This document shows positions 29,261-37,015 of a stretch of DNA of 37,015 nt, in pieces; the first letter of the stretch is position 1; each line of letters opens with the position of its first letter. Source of the DNA: a bacterium (GTDB taxonomy: Bacteria > Sysuimicrobiota > Sysuimicrobiia > Sysuimicrobiales > Kaftiobacteriaceae); the NCBI GenBank assembly GCA_044869795.1, contig JBIOXT010000298.1:1-37015 (forward strand), written 5' to 3'. The position numbers and the translations under genes were made by a program. The notes beneath the pieces were generated by a model. It made no database searches and was not told the origin of the DNA. It was given only the letters and a program-made list of their open reading frames with translations.

Positions 29261-29994
29261 AACTGCGCGGCCAGGACGTTCAGCGGTTTCCTGGCCAGGG
29301 AGAACGCTTCCGCCAGGGTGGCCAGCAGTTCCGCCATTCCCGTTCTCCGCGCCGTCAGGTGCTCCGACGCTAGACGATAGAACCGGCGGCCTTCCTCTTC
29401 GTAGTGTTCCAGCGTGCGCTGAGGCGAGGACCAGACCGGAAGCACCGATTGCGGGAACACCCCGGTCATGAACAGGGCGATGTCCGCGATGCGGCGGAGA
29501 AAGGGGAACCGCAGCTCCTCGGGCACCAGTGCCGCCAGGGCCATCATGTCCTCGCTGCTGAAGTCGCTGAACCGGCGGCGGCGCAGGCGGCCCCGCTCTT
29601 CGACGTCGAGCGTGAAGCTCGAGATCCGCGTGAACGACGCGAGCATCTCGACCAGGTAGTCGTGCATGCGGGAATCCGCCAACAGTTCGTCGGCGCGCCG
29701 CGCATCGAACACCGCGATGCGTTCCCCGCCGAACTGTTCAACCGTATAGGAACTGCCGCGCAGCTCGCGCCGGACCCGCCGCAGGAGGACGCTGAACAGG
29801 AGCCAGGGCGAGACCTGCGCAATCGCCTGGGTGTCGTCGTGGAGACGCCGCGCCACACGATCATCGTCGAGCACGCGATCGAGCCGTGCCTCGTCCTCGC
29901 GCAGGCGCGCAGTCATTGCCGGCTGATCATGGGGGGACAGCGTGGAGGCGATAAACGCGAGATCGGCATCGGTCAGGCGCTGCAGCGTCGACAC
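29179..29994 (-). CDS. Hypothetical protein (no recognisable domain)
   Basis: The ORF is open to 30123. GTG 29992-29994 has AGGAGGG 8 nt upstream and gives VSTLQRLTDADLAFIAS.... G/C-rich third positions. The last ~27 codons overlap the convergent LLM gene, so the true 3' end is uncertain. Confidence 0.5.
   Translation of the reverse strand: MSTLQRLTDADLAFIASTLSPHDQPAMTARLREDEARLDRVLDDDRVARRLHDDTQAIAQVSPWLLFSVLLRRVRRELRGSSYTVEQFGGERIAVFDARRADELLADSRMHDYLVEMLASFTRISSFTLDVEERGRLRRRRFSDFSSEDMMALAALVPEELRFPFLRRIADIALFMTGVFPQSVLPVWSSPQRTLEHYEEEGRRFYRLASEHLTARRTGMAELLATLAEAFSLARKPLNVLAAQFQPSTFNCFAAAMRLRHRPSAAGANGS
29241..29262. repeat. Heptamer repeat AGTTGAA AGTTGAA GGTTGAA, same family as 28143-28177
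   Basis: Read directly. It encodes the last residues (QLKVEG) and the TGA stop (29258-29260) of the LLM gene. On the other strand it lies inside the tail of the convergent ORF. Confidence 0.75.
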
Positions 29995-30144
29995 GGTCTG
30001 TGCCCTCCTGCCGCTGTTGTTCCCGCGGCGGCGATGTTTCGCCCCAGTTTCTGCTGCCGGGGCGGTCCTTCCTCCGTGAACCCATTCGTGACACACGCCG
30101 GGCAGGTCTCGGCTAGAATTCACTCACCAGAAGGGGGGACTGCC

Positions 30145-31080
30145 GTGAGTGACCTGCAGCAGTACATCGTCGAGGAGTGGGCCGAAGAATATCGAGAAGG
30201 ACGCCTGCACCGCCGGGAGTTCCTGCGGCGAACGGTCCTGCTGGCCGACGGCGTGGCGCTGGCCGCGCCGGTCCTGCAGCGATTGGGCGTCGCCGCCTCG
30301 GATATCGAGATCGCGGATGCTGCATCGGCACATCCGCCCGCGGTCGCTCAGGCGTCGGCCGTGACCGTTGCTCCCAACGATCCGGCGATCGACACCGCCG
30401 GCATGGTGTCGTTTCCCTCCGGCGCCGTCGGGGTCCAGGCTTACCTTGCGAAGCCGAAAACGTCGGCGCCGGTCCCCGGCGTGATCGTCATCCATGAGAA
30501 CCGCGGCCTGCTGGAACATTTCAAAGACATCTGCCGCCGGTTCGCGAAACTCGGCTACGCGGCCCTCGCCGTCGACCTGGCATCGCAAGAAGGCGGCACG
30601 GCGAAGTTCAGCGATGCGGCGGAAGTCACGGCCGTTCTCGGGCGCACCCCGCCGGAGCAGATGGTCGCGATGCTCAACGCCGGCGTGCGCTTCCTCCAGG
30701 CACAGCCCCAGGTCCGCCGGGAGCGCATCGGCGCGATGGGCTTCTGCTTTGGCGGCGGCATGACGTGGCGGCTGGCCACGCAGAACGAGGAGCTGAAGGC
30801 CGCAGCGCCATTCTACGGGCCCAACCCTCCACTGGGGGACGTTGCAAAGATCAAGGCGGCCGTCCTTGCCGTGTATGGGGCTCTCGACCAGCGCATCAAC
30901 GCCGGGATCCCCGCGGTGCGCGACGCCATGAGCAACGCGCGCGTCGTGCACGAGATCGTCATCTACCCGAACGCCGGCCACGCGTTCTTCAACGACACCG
31001 GCGCCAGCTACAACGCCACGGCGGCGAAGGAGGCGTGGACGAAGACGTTGGGATGGTTTGACAATTACCTGAAGAAATGA
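30145..31080 (+). CDS. Dienelactone hydrolase-family protein with Tat-like signal
   Basis: The long ORF (29404-) is an artefactual 5' extension antisense to the previous gene. GTG 30145 has AAGGGGGG upstream. Twin-arginine-like HRREFLRRTVLLADGVALAAP. DLH core: GVIVIHENRGL, Cys nucleophile motif MGFCFGG, YPNAGHAF. Confidence 0.82.
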   Translation: MSDLQQYIVEEWAEEYREGRLHRREFLRRTVLLADGVALAAPVLQRLGVAASDIEIADAASAHPPAVAQASAVTVAPNDPAIDTAGMVSFPSGAVGVQAYLAKPKTSAPVPGVIVIHENRGLLEHFKDICRRFAKLGYAALAVDLASQEGGTAKFSDAAEVTAVLGRTPPEQMVAMLNAGVRFLQAQPQVRRERIGAMGFCFGGGMTWRLATQNEELKAAAPFYGPNPPLGDVAKIKAAVLAVYGALDQRINAGIPAVRDAMSNARVVHEIVIYPNAGHAFFNDTGASYNATAAKEAWTKTLGWFDNYLKK

Positions 31081-31082
31081 CC

Positions 31083-31529
31083 TCAGCGCATCCGGCGCAC
31101 CGTACTGCCGACGACCAGTCCGGCGGCGATCAGGACGAGGTTCTTGATCACGAACTCACCCGTCACGGACAGCAGCAGGGGATTGCCGTGCTGAAAAGCG
31201 AGGTCGGGACGCACGAGCAGGACCAGGAACGTCCCGGCCATCTGCAGCCAGAACAGAAACAGGACCAGCCGGAGCGCTACCCCCGCGAGCAGCCCAAGCC
31301 CAACGGCGACTTCCCATCCTCCGAGGAAGGGAACGAACCACGCCGGATCGACCCAATACACGGTGTGGGCCACCAGATCGCCCACTGGACTGCGGCCGAT
31401 GATCTTCAGAACGCCGAACCAGACAAAGACGAGTCCGAGAGCGATGCGCAGGACGGTGATGCCGTGCTCCCGCATCGTGAAGATCATCGCGTTGTCAATA
31501 CGGCGCCAGATCGCCCTCACCGTCACCAT
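31083..31529 (-). CDS. DoxX/DUF417-like membrane protein
   Basis: 148 aa with four hydrophobic helices. Sequence: ITVLRIALGLVFVWFGVLKIIG ... EFVIKNLVLIAAGLVV. An internal start (MIFTMREHG) is possible. Confidence 0.55.
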   Translation of the reverse strand: MVTVRAIWRRIDNAMIFTMREHGITVLRIALGLVFVWFGVLKIIGRSPVGDLVAHTVYWVDPAWFVPFLGGWEVAVGLGLLAGVALRLVLFLFWLQMAGTFLVLLVRPDLAFQHGNPLLLSVTGEFVIKNLVLIAAGLVVGSTVRRMR

Positions 31530-31562
31530 CAGAGATCCTCAGTTATGAATAGCGGCAGCCTC

Positions 31563-32366
31563 TCAGGCGCGGGCGCGCACCACCAGCGAGGTCCCGGCAA
31601 ACAGGATGATCGAGGACAGCACGATCGCGCCGCCGGCGGCCAAGTTCAGGTAGAAGGAGGCCGTCATTCCCACCAGCACCGCGATGAGCGAGGCCAGCAT
31701 GGCGATCCAGACCGTGCTGCGGAAGCTGCGCGCCAGCCGCAGCGCGGTGACCGCCGGGATGACGATGAGCGCACTGGTGAGCAGGATGCCGACGACCCGC
31801 ATCGCCACCACCACGGTCACGGCAACCAGCAGCGTGAGCATGAAGTTGAGGGCGTCAACCGGCACCCCCTGCACGCGGGCGCCTTCTTCATCGAACGTGA
31901 TCGCAAACAGCTCCTTGTAGAAGAGGCCGACCGCGGCCAGCACCACGACCCCCAGCCCCAGAATCAGCCACAGATCGCGCGGCTGCACGGCCGTGATGGT
32001 CCCAAACAGGTAACCGAAGAGATCGACGTTGAACCCGCCGGCGAGCCCGATGATCACCACGGCGACGGCGAGACCGCCGGAGAGGAAGATGGCCAGCGCC
32101 GCTTCCCCAAACAGGCGGCCGGACACGCGCAGGCGATCGACGCCGACGGCTCCGGCGACCGCGACGGCCAGCGCGCCGAGGACGGGATGCACGCCCAGGA
32201 GCAGCCCCAGGGCGACTCCGGCCAGGGCCACGTGCGCAAGCGTGTCGGCGATCAGGCTGAGCCGGCGCAGCACGAGGAACGTGCCGATGGTCGGCGCGAT
32301 GGTGCCGATCATCAGCCCCGCGAGCAGCGCCCGCTGCATGAACGAGTACTGCAGGATCTCGGGCAT
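31563..32366 (-). CDS. Metal ABC transporter permease (ABC-3 family, ZnuB/TroC-like)
   Basis: 267 aa. Sequence: [54 protein letters not shown]. The start overlaps the ATPase gene stop by 1 nt. Confidence 0.88.
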   Translation of the reverse strand: MPEILQYSFMQRALLAGLMIGTIAPTIGTFLVLRRLSLIADTLAHVALAGVALGLLLGVHPVLGALAVAVAGAVGVDRLRVSGRLFGEAALAIFLSGGLAVAVVIIGLAGGFNVDLFGYLFGTITAVQPRDLWLILGLGVVVLAAVGLFYKELFAITFDEEGARVQGVPVDALNFMLTLLVAVTVVVAMRVVGILLTSALIVIPAVTALRLARSFRSTVWIAMLASLIAVLVGMTASFYLNLAAGGAIVLSSIILFAGTSLVVRARA

Positions 32367-33157
32367 CAGTGACGGTGCGCGACGACCAGCGACGCGGCCC
32401 GGTACATCTGGGCAAGGGCGCCGGTGCGGATGGCGTCCTCCGGGCTCCCGTGGAAGACCAGGCTGCGGTTGAGGCAGGCCAGCTGCGTCACCTCCTCGGC
32501 GACGACGCTGATGTCGTGCGAGACCAGCACGAGGGTCTTGCCGGCGTCCCGGTTCAGCGTCCTCAGCAGGGCGTAGAACTGCTCCTGCGCATCGAGGTCC
32601 ACGCCGACGGTGGGTTCATCGAGCAGCAGGAGATCCGGATCGTGCACCAGCGCCCGGGCGATGAAGACCCGCTGCTGCTGGCCCGCGGAGAGGCGTCCGA
32701 CCAGGCGGTCGCGATACGCATCCATGCCGACGGTGCCCAGCGCCCGCAGCGCCGCGGCGCGGTCCTCTCCGTCGAACCGGCGCCCCACCCCCGCCCGGCC
32801 GGAGCGCCCGCTGAGCACGATTTCGAAGACGCTGGCCGGGAAGCGGGTCTCGAACGCGACGGCTTTCTGGCTCACGTATCCGACGCGCGCCCAGTCGTGG
32901 AACTCACGCAGGTCGGTCCCGAATAACCGCACGTGGCCGCAGGACGGCCGCAGCAACCCCAGCATCACCCGCAGCAGCGTCGTCTTCCCCGATCCGTTGG
33001 GACCGATCAGGCCAAGGAAGTCTCCACGGCGGACCTGCAGGCTGACGTGGTCGAGCACGCGCTCCGCCCCGTAGTCGACGCAGACATGCTCGACCTCTGC
33101 GACGACCGGACGGTCAGCGACAGTCGAGACCGGCTGCGAGCGCTCGACGGTTTTCAT
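32366..33157 (-). CDS. Metal ABC transporter ATP-binding protein (ZnuC-like)
   Basis: 263 aa. Motifs: Walker [10 protein letters not shown], signature LSAGQQQRV, Walker B LLLLDEP. Confidence 0.88.
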   Translation of the reverse strand: MKTVERSQPVSTVADRPVVAEVEHVCVDYGAERVLDHVSLQVRRGDFLGLIGPNGSGKTTLLRVMLGLLRPSCGHVRLFGTDLREFHDWARVGYVSQKAVAFETRFPASVFEIVLSGRSGRAGVGRRFDGEDRAAALRALGTVGMDAYRDRLVGRLSAGQQQRVFIARALVHDPDLLLLDEPTVGVDLDAQEQFYALLRTLNRDAGKTLVLVSHDISVVAEEVTQLACLNRSLVFHGSPEDAIRTGALAQMYRAASLVVAHRH

Positions 33158-34001
33158 CCATCACCGTGAAGTAGTTCTGGCCTTGACGCTGCTCCTGGGC
33201 GGTCAACCCTTCCACCGGATTGAGGACTGCGGTGCGCGCCCCGACTTCCCGTGCGATCACCTCCGCGACCCGCGGACTCACCAGCGTCTCGAAATAGATG
33301 ACCGGTACGCCGGCCCTGCGGGCCTCCTGCACGATCGTCTTCAGTCGGGCCGCCGAGGGCTCGGCCTCGGGCGACAGGCCGCTGATCGAAATCTGCGTCA
33401 ACCCGTAGCGGCGCGCCAGATAGCCGAACGCCGCGTGCGTCGTGATGAAGACGCGGCGTGCGCAGTTGGCCAGCGTTGCCGCGAACCTCCTATGCAGGGC
33501 ATCGAGATCGGCCCGCAGCCGCTCGCCGTTGGTCGCGTAGACCGCCCGGCCGTCAGGATCTGCGCGATTCAACCCCTCGAGGATCCGCTCGACCTGCCGG
33601 GCCGCCAGCACCGGATCGAGCCAGACGTGAGGGTCCTTGCCCACCAACGGGAGCCCGGCGGACGTGTTGACCCTAACGGTATCCGCCGGGACCGCAGGGA
33701 GCAGTTTCTCCAGCCATGGTTCGAATCCCGCCCCGTTGTAGATGATCAGGCGGGTCCGTGTCAGACTCGCGACCTCTTTGGGCGTCGGCTCAAAGTCATG
33801 AGGCTCGACGCCGGTCGGCACCAAGCTGCGCACGATGACCCGCTCGCCGCCGACGCGGCTGGCGAACTCATACAGGGGATAGAATGTCGCGGCTACCGTC
33901 AGGTTGGCCGGCGGTTCCGCGCGCGGAAGGCATCCGCCGGCAAGGCAGACACACAGCACCACGGTGGGGAGCAGACGTGACGTCGTTGACATGTGCCGCA
34001 A
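33114..34001 (-). CDS. Metal ABC transporter substrate-binding lipoprotein (ZnuA/TroA cluster 9)
   Basis: 295 aa. Lipobox LAGGC. Metal-ligand regions: GVEPHDFEP, DPHVWLDP, TTHAAFGY (a third His, as in Zn-type binders) and LNPVEGL. No His-rich loop. Confidence 0.85.
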   Translation of the reverse strand: MRHMSTTSRLLPTVVLCVCLAGGCLPRAEPPANLTVAATFYPLYEFASRVGGERVIVRSLVPTGVEPHDFEPTPKEVASLTRTRLIIYNGAGFEPWLEKLLPAVPADTVRVNTSAGLPLVGKDPHVWLDPVLAARQVERILEGLNRADPDGRAVYATNGERLRADLDALHRRFAATLANCARRVFITTHAAFGYLARRYGLTQISISGLSPEAEPSAARLKTIVQEARRAGVPVIYFETLVSPRVAEVIAREVGARTAVLNPVEGLTAQEQRQGQNYFTVMDENRRALAAGLDCR

Positions 34002-34040
34002 CTACCGAGTATGGGGCGCAAGCGGCGGATCTGTAAAGCC

Positions 34041-36020
34041 TCAATCGGTTTTGTGACCCTTGCGTTTGCCGCGATCGGGGCGGTCCCGCTCCTTGTTGTT
34101 GTCTTTGGGGCGCTGCTGGCGCGTCTCCTGTGACAGCGGCCGGTAGCTGACCTGCACGATAGGCCGGCCGCTGACGATCTCGCCTTCGGGGCCCTCCCAA
34201 TCGAGGATCGGAACGTCTTTCAGCACTCTGGACATGAACGCCGCCCAGATCTTCGCCGGCACGGTGCCGCCCACGACCTGCACCATCGGCGAGTTGTCGT
34301 CATTGCCGACCCAGACGGCCGTGACAAGCTGCGGCACAAAGCCGATGAACCAGGCGTTGCGATAGTCGTCGGTGGTCCCCGTCTTCCCCGCCGCCGGCCG
34401 GCCGATCGCCGCGCCGCGGCCGGTGCCGCGGAGGATCACGCCTTTGAGCAGGTCGATCATCTGCGAGGCGACGCCGGGCTGGAGACCCACCTGGCGCGAC
34501 GGCCGGTTCTCTTCGAGGACCTTGCCCGATGCATCGATCACGCGCACGATCGCGACCGGCTGGGCGTGCACGCCGACCGCGGCGAGGGTCCCGAACGCCG
34601 ACGCCATCTCCAGCGGCGTCACGTCGGACGTCCCAAGCGCCAGGGAGAGATTCGGTGCCAGCGGGCTCGTGATGCCCATACGGTGTGCGACCTCGATCAC
34701 GCGGTCCGGACCCAGCTCGGCGAGGGTCTTGATGGCCGGCACGTTGATCGAGTGCTCCAACGCATACCGAAGCGTCACGGCACCGCGGTAGCGCCGGTCG
34801 TAGTTCTTCGGCCGCCAGGGAGTCCCGCCGGCCCCGCCGTAGGTGACCGGGGTATCGTAGAGGATTTTCGTGGGACGCCATCCCTGTTCCACCGCGGTGG
34901 CATACACGAAGGCCTTGAACGCCGAACCGGCCTGGCGCTTCGCCTGCCACGCCCGGTCGAACTGGCTCTTCGCGTAGTCGTAGCCTCCGATCATCGCCCG
35001 GATGTATCCGGTCTGCGGCTCGATGGCCACCAGCGCCCCCTGCGATACCCTCAACCCCCGCGCGCCGTCGATCCCCTCGCGCACGGTGCGATCGGCCGCG
35101 ATCTGCATCGACAGGTCCAAGGTGGTGTAGATGCGCAGCCCGCTGCGGTACAAGACGTCCTCGCCGTAGCGATCGATCAGGTACGGCAGGAGGTAGGCGA
35201 CGAAGTACGGCGCCCGCACAGCCGTGAGCCCGGCATTGTGCTCCCGCCGCAGCTCGATGGGCGCCTCCATCGCGGCGTGGGCATCGGCGGGAGCGACCCA
35301 TCCGAGATTCGCCATGCGCTTGAGCACGATGCGCTGCCGCGCTTTCGCTCCTTCGGCGTTGTGGTACGGAGAGTACAGCGACGGGGCGCGGATGACGCCG
35401 GCGAGGAGCGCCCCTTCGGGGAGGGTGAGCTCGCGCGCCCCCTTCCCGAAGTACACCTGGGCAGCCATCTCCACGCCGTAGGCGCCCTGCCCGAAGTAGA
35501 CCTCGTTGAGGTACCGTTCGAGAATTTCGTCTTTCGAGAGCCGCCGCTCGATCTCGATGGCGAGCACGATTTCCGCGATCTTGCGGCCGACCGTGCGGTC
35601 CGGAGTCAGAAACAGGGTCCGCGCCAACTGCTGCGTGATCGTGCTGCCTCCTTCGGCGATCCGGCCCGCCCGCAGGTTGCTGAGGATGGCCCGACCGATC
35701 GCCCGCAGATCGATGCCGGCGTGGCGGTAGAAGCGGTTATCCTCGACCGCCAGCACGGCCCGCCGCACCACCAGCGGGATCTGGCGCAGCGGCACCGGTT
35801 CCCGGTTCTCCTTGTACAGGCTGGCCACGACCTCGCCGCTGGCGGCGTAGATGCGCGTCGCCTGCTCCGGAGGGGCGTAAATCCGATCGACGTCGGCGAG
35901 GTGGCGTGCAAAGGCGATGCCGATGATGGCCAGCCCGGCGGTCACCACGGCCGCCGCGGTGAGCACGACCTTGGGACCGCTCCGCAGCAGCTGGGAACGC
36001 GTGCGCGACGGGAACCGCAT
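34041..36020 (-). CDS. Class A penicillin-binding protein (PBP1A family: glycosyltransferase GT51 + transpeptidase)
   Basis: The ORF is open to 36095; ATG 36018-36020 gives MRFPSRTRSQLL plus a TM anchor. GT51 motifs: EDNRFYRHAGID, GGSTITQQLAR. TP motifs: SAFK, SIN, KTGTT. Basic C-terminal tail. Confidence 0.9.
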   Translation of the reverse strand: MRFPSRTRSQLLRSGPKVVLTAAAVVTAGLAIIGIAFARHLADVDRIYAPPEQATRIYAASGEVVASLYKENREPVPLRQIPLVVRRAVLAVEDNRFYRHAGIDLRAIGRAILSNLRAGRIAEGGSTITQQLARTLFLTPDRTVGRKIAEIVLAIEIERRLSKDEILERYLNEVYFGQGAYGVEMAAQVYFGKGARELTLPEGALLAGVIRAPSLYSPYHNAEGAKARQRIVLKRMANLGWVAPADAHAAMEAPIELRREHNAGLTAVRAPYFVAYLLPYLIDRYGEDVLYRSGLRIYTTLDLSMQIAADRTVREGIDGARGLRVSQGALVAIEPQTGYIRAMIGGYDYAKSQFDRAWQAKRQAGSAFKAFVYATAVEQGWRPTKILYDTPVTYGGAGGTPWRPKNYDRRYRGAVTLRYALEHSINVPAIKTLAELGPDRVIEVAHRMGITSPLAPNLSLALGTSDVTPLEMASAFGTLAAVGVHAQPVAIVRVIDASGKVLEENRPSRQVGLQPGVASQMIDLLKGVILRGTGRGAAIGRPAAGKTGTTDDYRNAWFIGFVPQLVTAVWVGNDDNSPMVQVVGGTVPAKIWAAFMSRVLKDVPILDWEGPEGEIVSGRPIVQVSYRPLSQETRQQRPKDNNKERDRPDRGKRKGHKTD

Positions 36021-36215
36021 GCTTTGCCTTTTCCCACAAATGTCCCGATCGCCGCCGACGGCGCCGGGCATCGGAGCCGGTCGTGAGCGACACATGACGT
36101 CCGGCGCTTTCCATCGGACGGGATCGTAGAGACGCCGCGCGGGGTTTCTGCCCGTCCGCCCGAGGGGTAACGCTGCTTACAGGACGCAATGCCAACGCGA
36201 AAGGAGGACGCAACG

Positions 36216-36866
36216 ATGCGCTATCTGTTGGTCGCACTGACGCTCGCGCTGCTCGTGGTTCCAAGCTTCGGGCAGGAAACGCAGGTGCAGTCTACCGCCG
36301 GGGCGACCGCGATCTTCTATGCGGGAGTGCCGTTCGAAGGCGGCTCGGCGATCGTCGCGAGCAGTCTCGACGCACAGGTGACGGAAGACCTCGGGATCCA
36401 GGACGCCGCGTACGTCACCCTGATCGTACGCTCGGCGAGTTTTGTGTTCATGATCGACCAGGTCGCGGCTCCCGGCCAGACGGCCGGCCAGACCACCGTG
36501 CATCTCAACGGCGCGACCCGGACCTTAGCCGAGGTGGGCGCCGAGCTCGTGGCGGCCATGAACGGCCAGACCAATCTGCTGGTGTTCACCAACGGCGGGC
36601 CGCGTGACATGGGCGTCGCCGTCGCCGTGATCAACGTCAGTCACGTCAAAGCCTCAACCCCGCTGCCGGTGGCGGGCTCGACCCATGTCACCGTGATCGC
36701 GCACGGACAGCTCCAGTCGTTCACGATCGTGTCGGCGGGAACGACCCTCGCCACGATCTCGGTGAGCGCGGATGAAGATACGATGATCGTGCTGGCGATG
36801 CCGTCGGACACCGATACGCTGCTGAACGTGCTCGGGTTGATCGGCGTCGGATCGATCGCACCGTAA
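36216..36866 (+). CDS. Secreted hypothetical protein
   Basis: ATG 36216 with AAGGAGG upstream. Signal peptide: MRYLLVALTLALLVVPSFGQE. G/C-rich third positions. No family recognised. Confidence 0.6.
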   Translation: MRYLLVALTLALLVVPSFGQETQVQSTAGATAIFYAGVPFEGGSAIVASSLDAQVTEDLGIQDAAYVTLIVRSASFVFMIDQVAAPGQTAGQTTVHLNGATRTLAEVGAELVAAMNGQTNLLVFTNGGPRDMGVAVAVINVSHVKASTPLPVAGSTHVTVIAHGQLQSFTIVSAGTTLATISVSADEDTMIVLAMPSDTDTLLNVLGLIGVGSIAP

Positions 36867-36882
36867 CGGTTGGACGGCTGCA

Positions 36883-36914
36883 GGACAGGGGACGGCCGCT
36901 GCCGTCCCCTGTCC
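36883..36914 (+). terminator. Stem-loop terminator: GGACAGGGGACGGC-CGCT-GCCGTCCCCTGTCC followed by TTGTTCGTCTGTT
   Basis: A perfect 14-bp stem with a 4-nt loop, 16 nt after the stop codon, followed by a T-enriched tract. Confidence 0.7.
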
Positions 36915-36950
36915 TTGTTCGTCTGTTCGCCGTTCGCTGTTCGCCGTTCG
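36915..36950. repeat. Five tandem YYGTTCG heptamers (TTGTTCG TCTGTTCG CCGTTCG CTGTTCG CCGTTCG); the minus strand reads CGAACRG
   Basis: Read directly. Sits between the terminator hairpin and the stop codon of the convergent partial gene. Confidence 0.75.
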
Positions 36951-36954
36951 CGGC

Positions 36955-37015
36955 TCAGTCCGGCAACAGCAGCAGTTTTCCCATGGCCTGCCGGCTCTGC
37001 AGGTAGCGATGTGCG
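36955..37015 (-). CDS. C-terminal 19 codons of a gene entering from the right edge (tail resembles zinc-type/MDR alcohol dehydrogenase or quinone oxidoreductase)
   Basis: The reverse frame reads ...AHRYLQSRQAMGKLLLLPD-stop (TGA at 36955-36957). The xHRxLxSxxxxGKxxL ending is typical of MDR dehydrogenases. Too short to be sure. Confidence 0.3.
   Translation of the reverse strand, partial: AHRYLQSRQAMGKLLLLPD

Noticed and set aside
29404-30144. 5' extension of the dienelactone hydrolase ORF (558-aa version)
   Set aside because: It is entirely antisense to the 29179-29994 gene. The recognisable protein starts with the Tat-like leader after GTG 30145, which has its own RBS.
31077-32372. 431-aa plus-strand ORF antisense to the DoxX-like and permease genes
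   Set aside because: The translation is an extreme Asp/Glu/Arg/His/Gln-rich low-complexity string. The opposite strand encodes textbook membrane proteins.
34566-36086. 506-aa plus-strand ORF antisense to PBP1A (and similarly 18544-19485 antisense to zwf, 7507-8403 and 7533-8414 around the membrane-protein gene, and 181-843 antisense to the Vgb-like gene)
   Set aside because: All of these lie opposite to, or out of frame with, genes carrying diagnostic motifs. They lack RBSs and show the shadow-ORF amino-acid bias.
36116-36159. Hairpin CGGACGGG-N28-CCCGTCCG in the 195-nt region between PBP1A and the secreted-protein gene, considered as a riboswitch or leader
   Set aside because: It is a single 8-bp stem in G+C-rich DNA, and I can match no known riboswitch consensus by eye. 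It is not distinguishable from chance without covariance data.

Overview
High-G+C (roughly two-thirds by eye), gene-dense bacterial chromosomal segment. I support about 36 protein-coding genes (two are partial, at the window edges) and 2 tRNAs. I see no rRNA, CRISPR array, transposase, integrase or phage genes. Real genes were separated from the many long Arg/Pro/Gly-rich shadow ORFs by G/C-rich third codon positions, GGAGG-type ribosome-binding sites, 4-nt start/stop overlaps and recognisable family motifs.

Modules, left to right:
1. A minus-strand cluster: multi-pass membrane protein, F420-type LLM oxidoreductase and two membrane-anchored Vgb (streptogramin-lyase)-like beta-propellers. The last one runs off the window and is missing from the ORF track.
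2. A 1162-aa zinc-ribbon / class III nucleotidyl cyclase / AAA_16 STAND ATPase / TPR protein.
3. A DinB-family protein, then a two-gene unknown membrane + secreted pair.
4. A sulfite-oxidase-fold molybdoenzyme, a carboxylesterase and a VOC protein.
5. A GlsB/YmgE stress protein and tRNA-Arg(UCU), directly downstream of an htrA-moxR-DUF58-VWA-VWA (Bat-like) operon.
6. zwf, tRNA-Pro(UGG) and a small membrane protein.
7. A ku-DUF72-ligD operon.
8. rdgB and rph.
9. A multidomain cell-wall amidase.
10. A second F420 LLM oxidoreductase, an unknown protein, a Tat-signal dienelactone hydrolase and a DoxX-like protein.
11. A ZnuABC-like metal importer, a class A PBP and a secreted unknown protein.

Most notable observations:
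- A DUF72 gene is translationally coupled between ku and ligD, making it a candidate third NHEJ factor.
- A family of short-period (7-9 nt) purine-rich tandem repeats recurs through the window. Two copies form head-to-head inverted arrays in 5' regions (upstream of htrA and of the LLM gene). Other copies make up both interdomain linkers of LigD, several protein tails and a post-terminator tract.
- The cyclase-STAND-TPR giant protein.
- An HtrA protease is fused into the MoxR/VWA operon.

I cannot name the organism. The F420-type enzymes, strong GGAGG sites and a Cu-amine-oxidase-like stalk domain combined with AMIN domains suggest an unusual high-G+C lineage.
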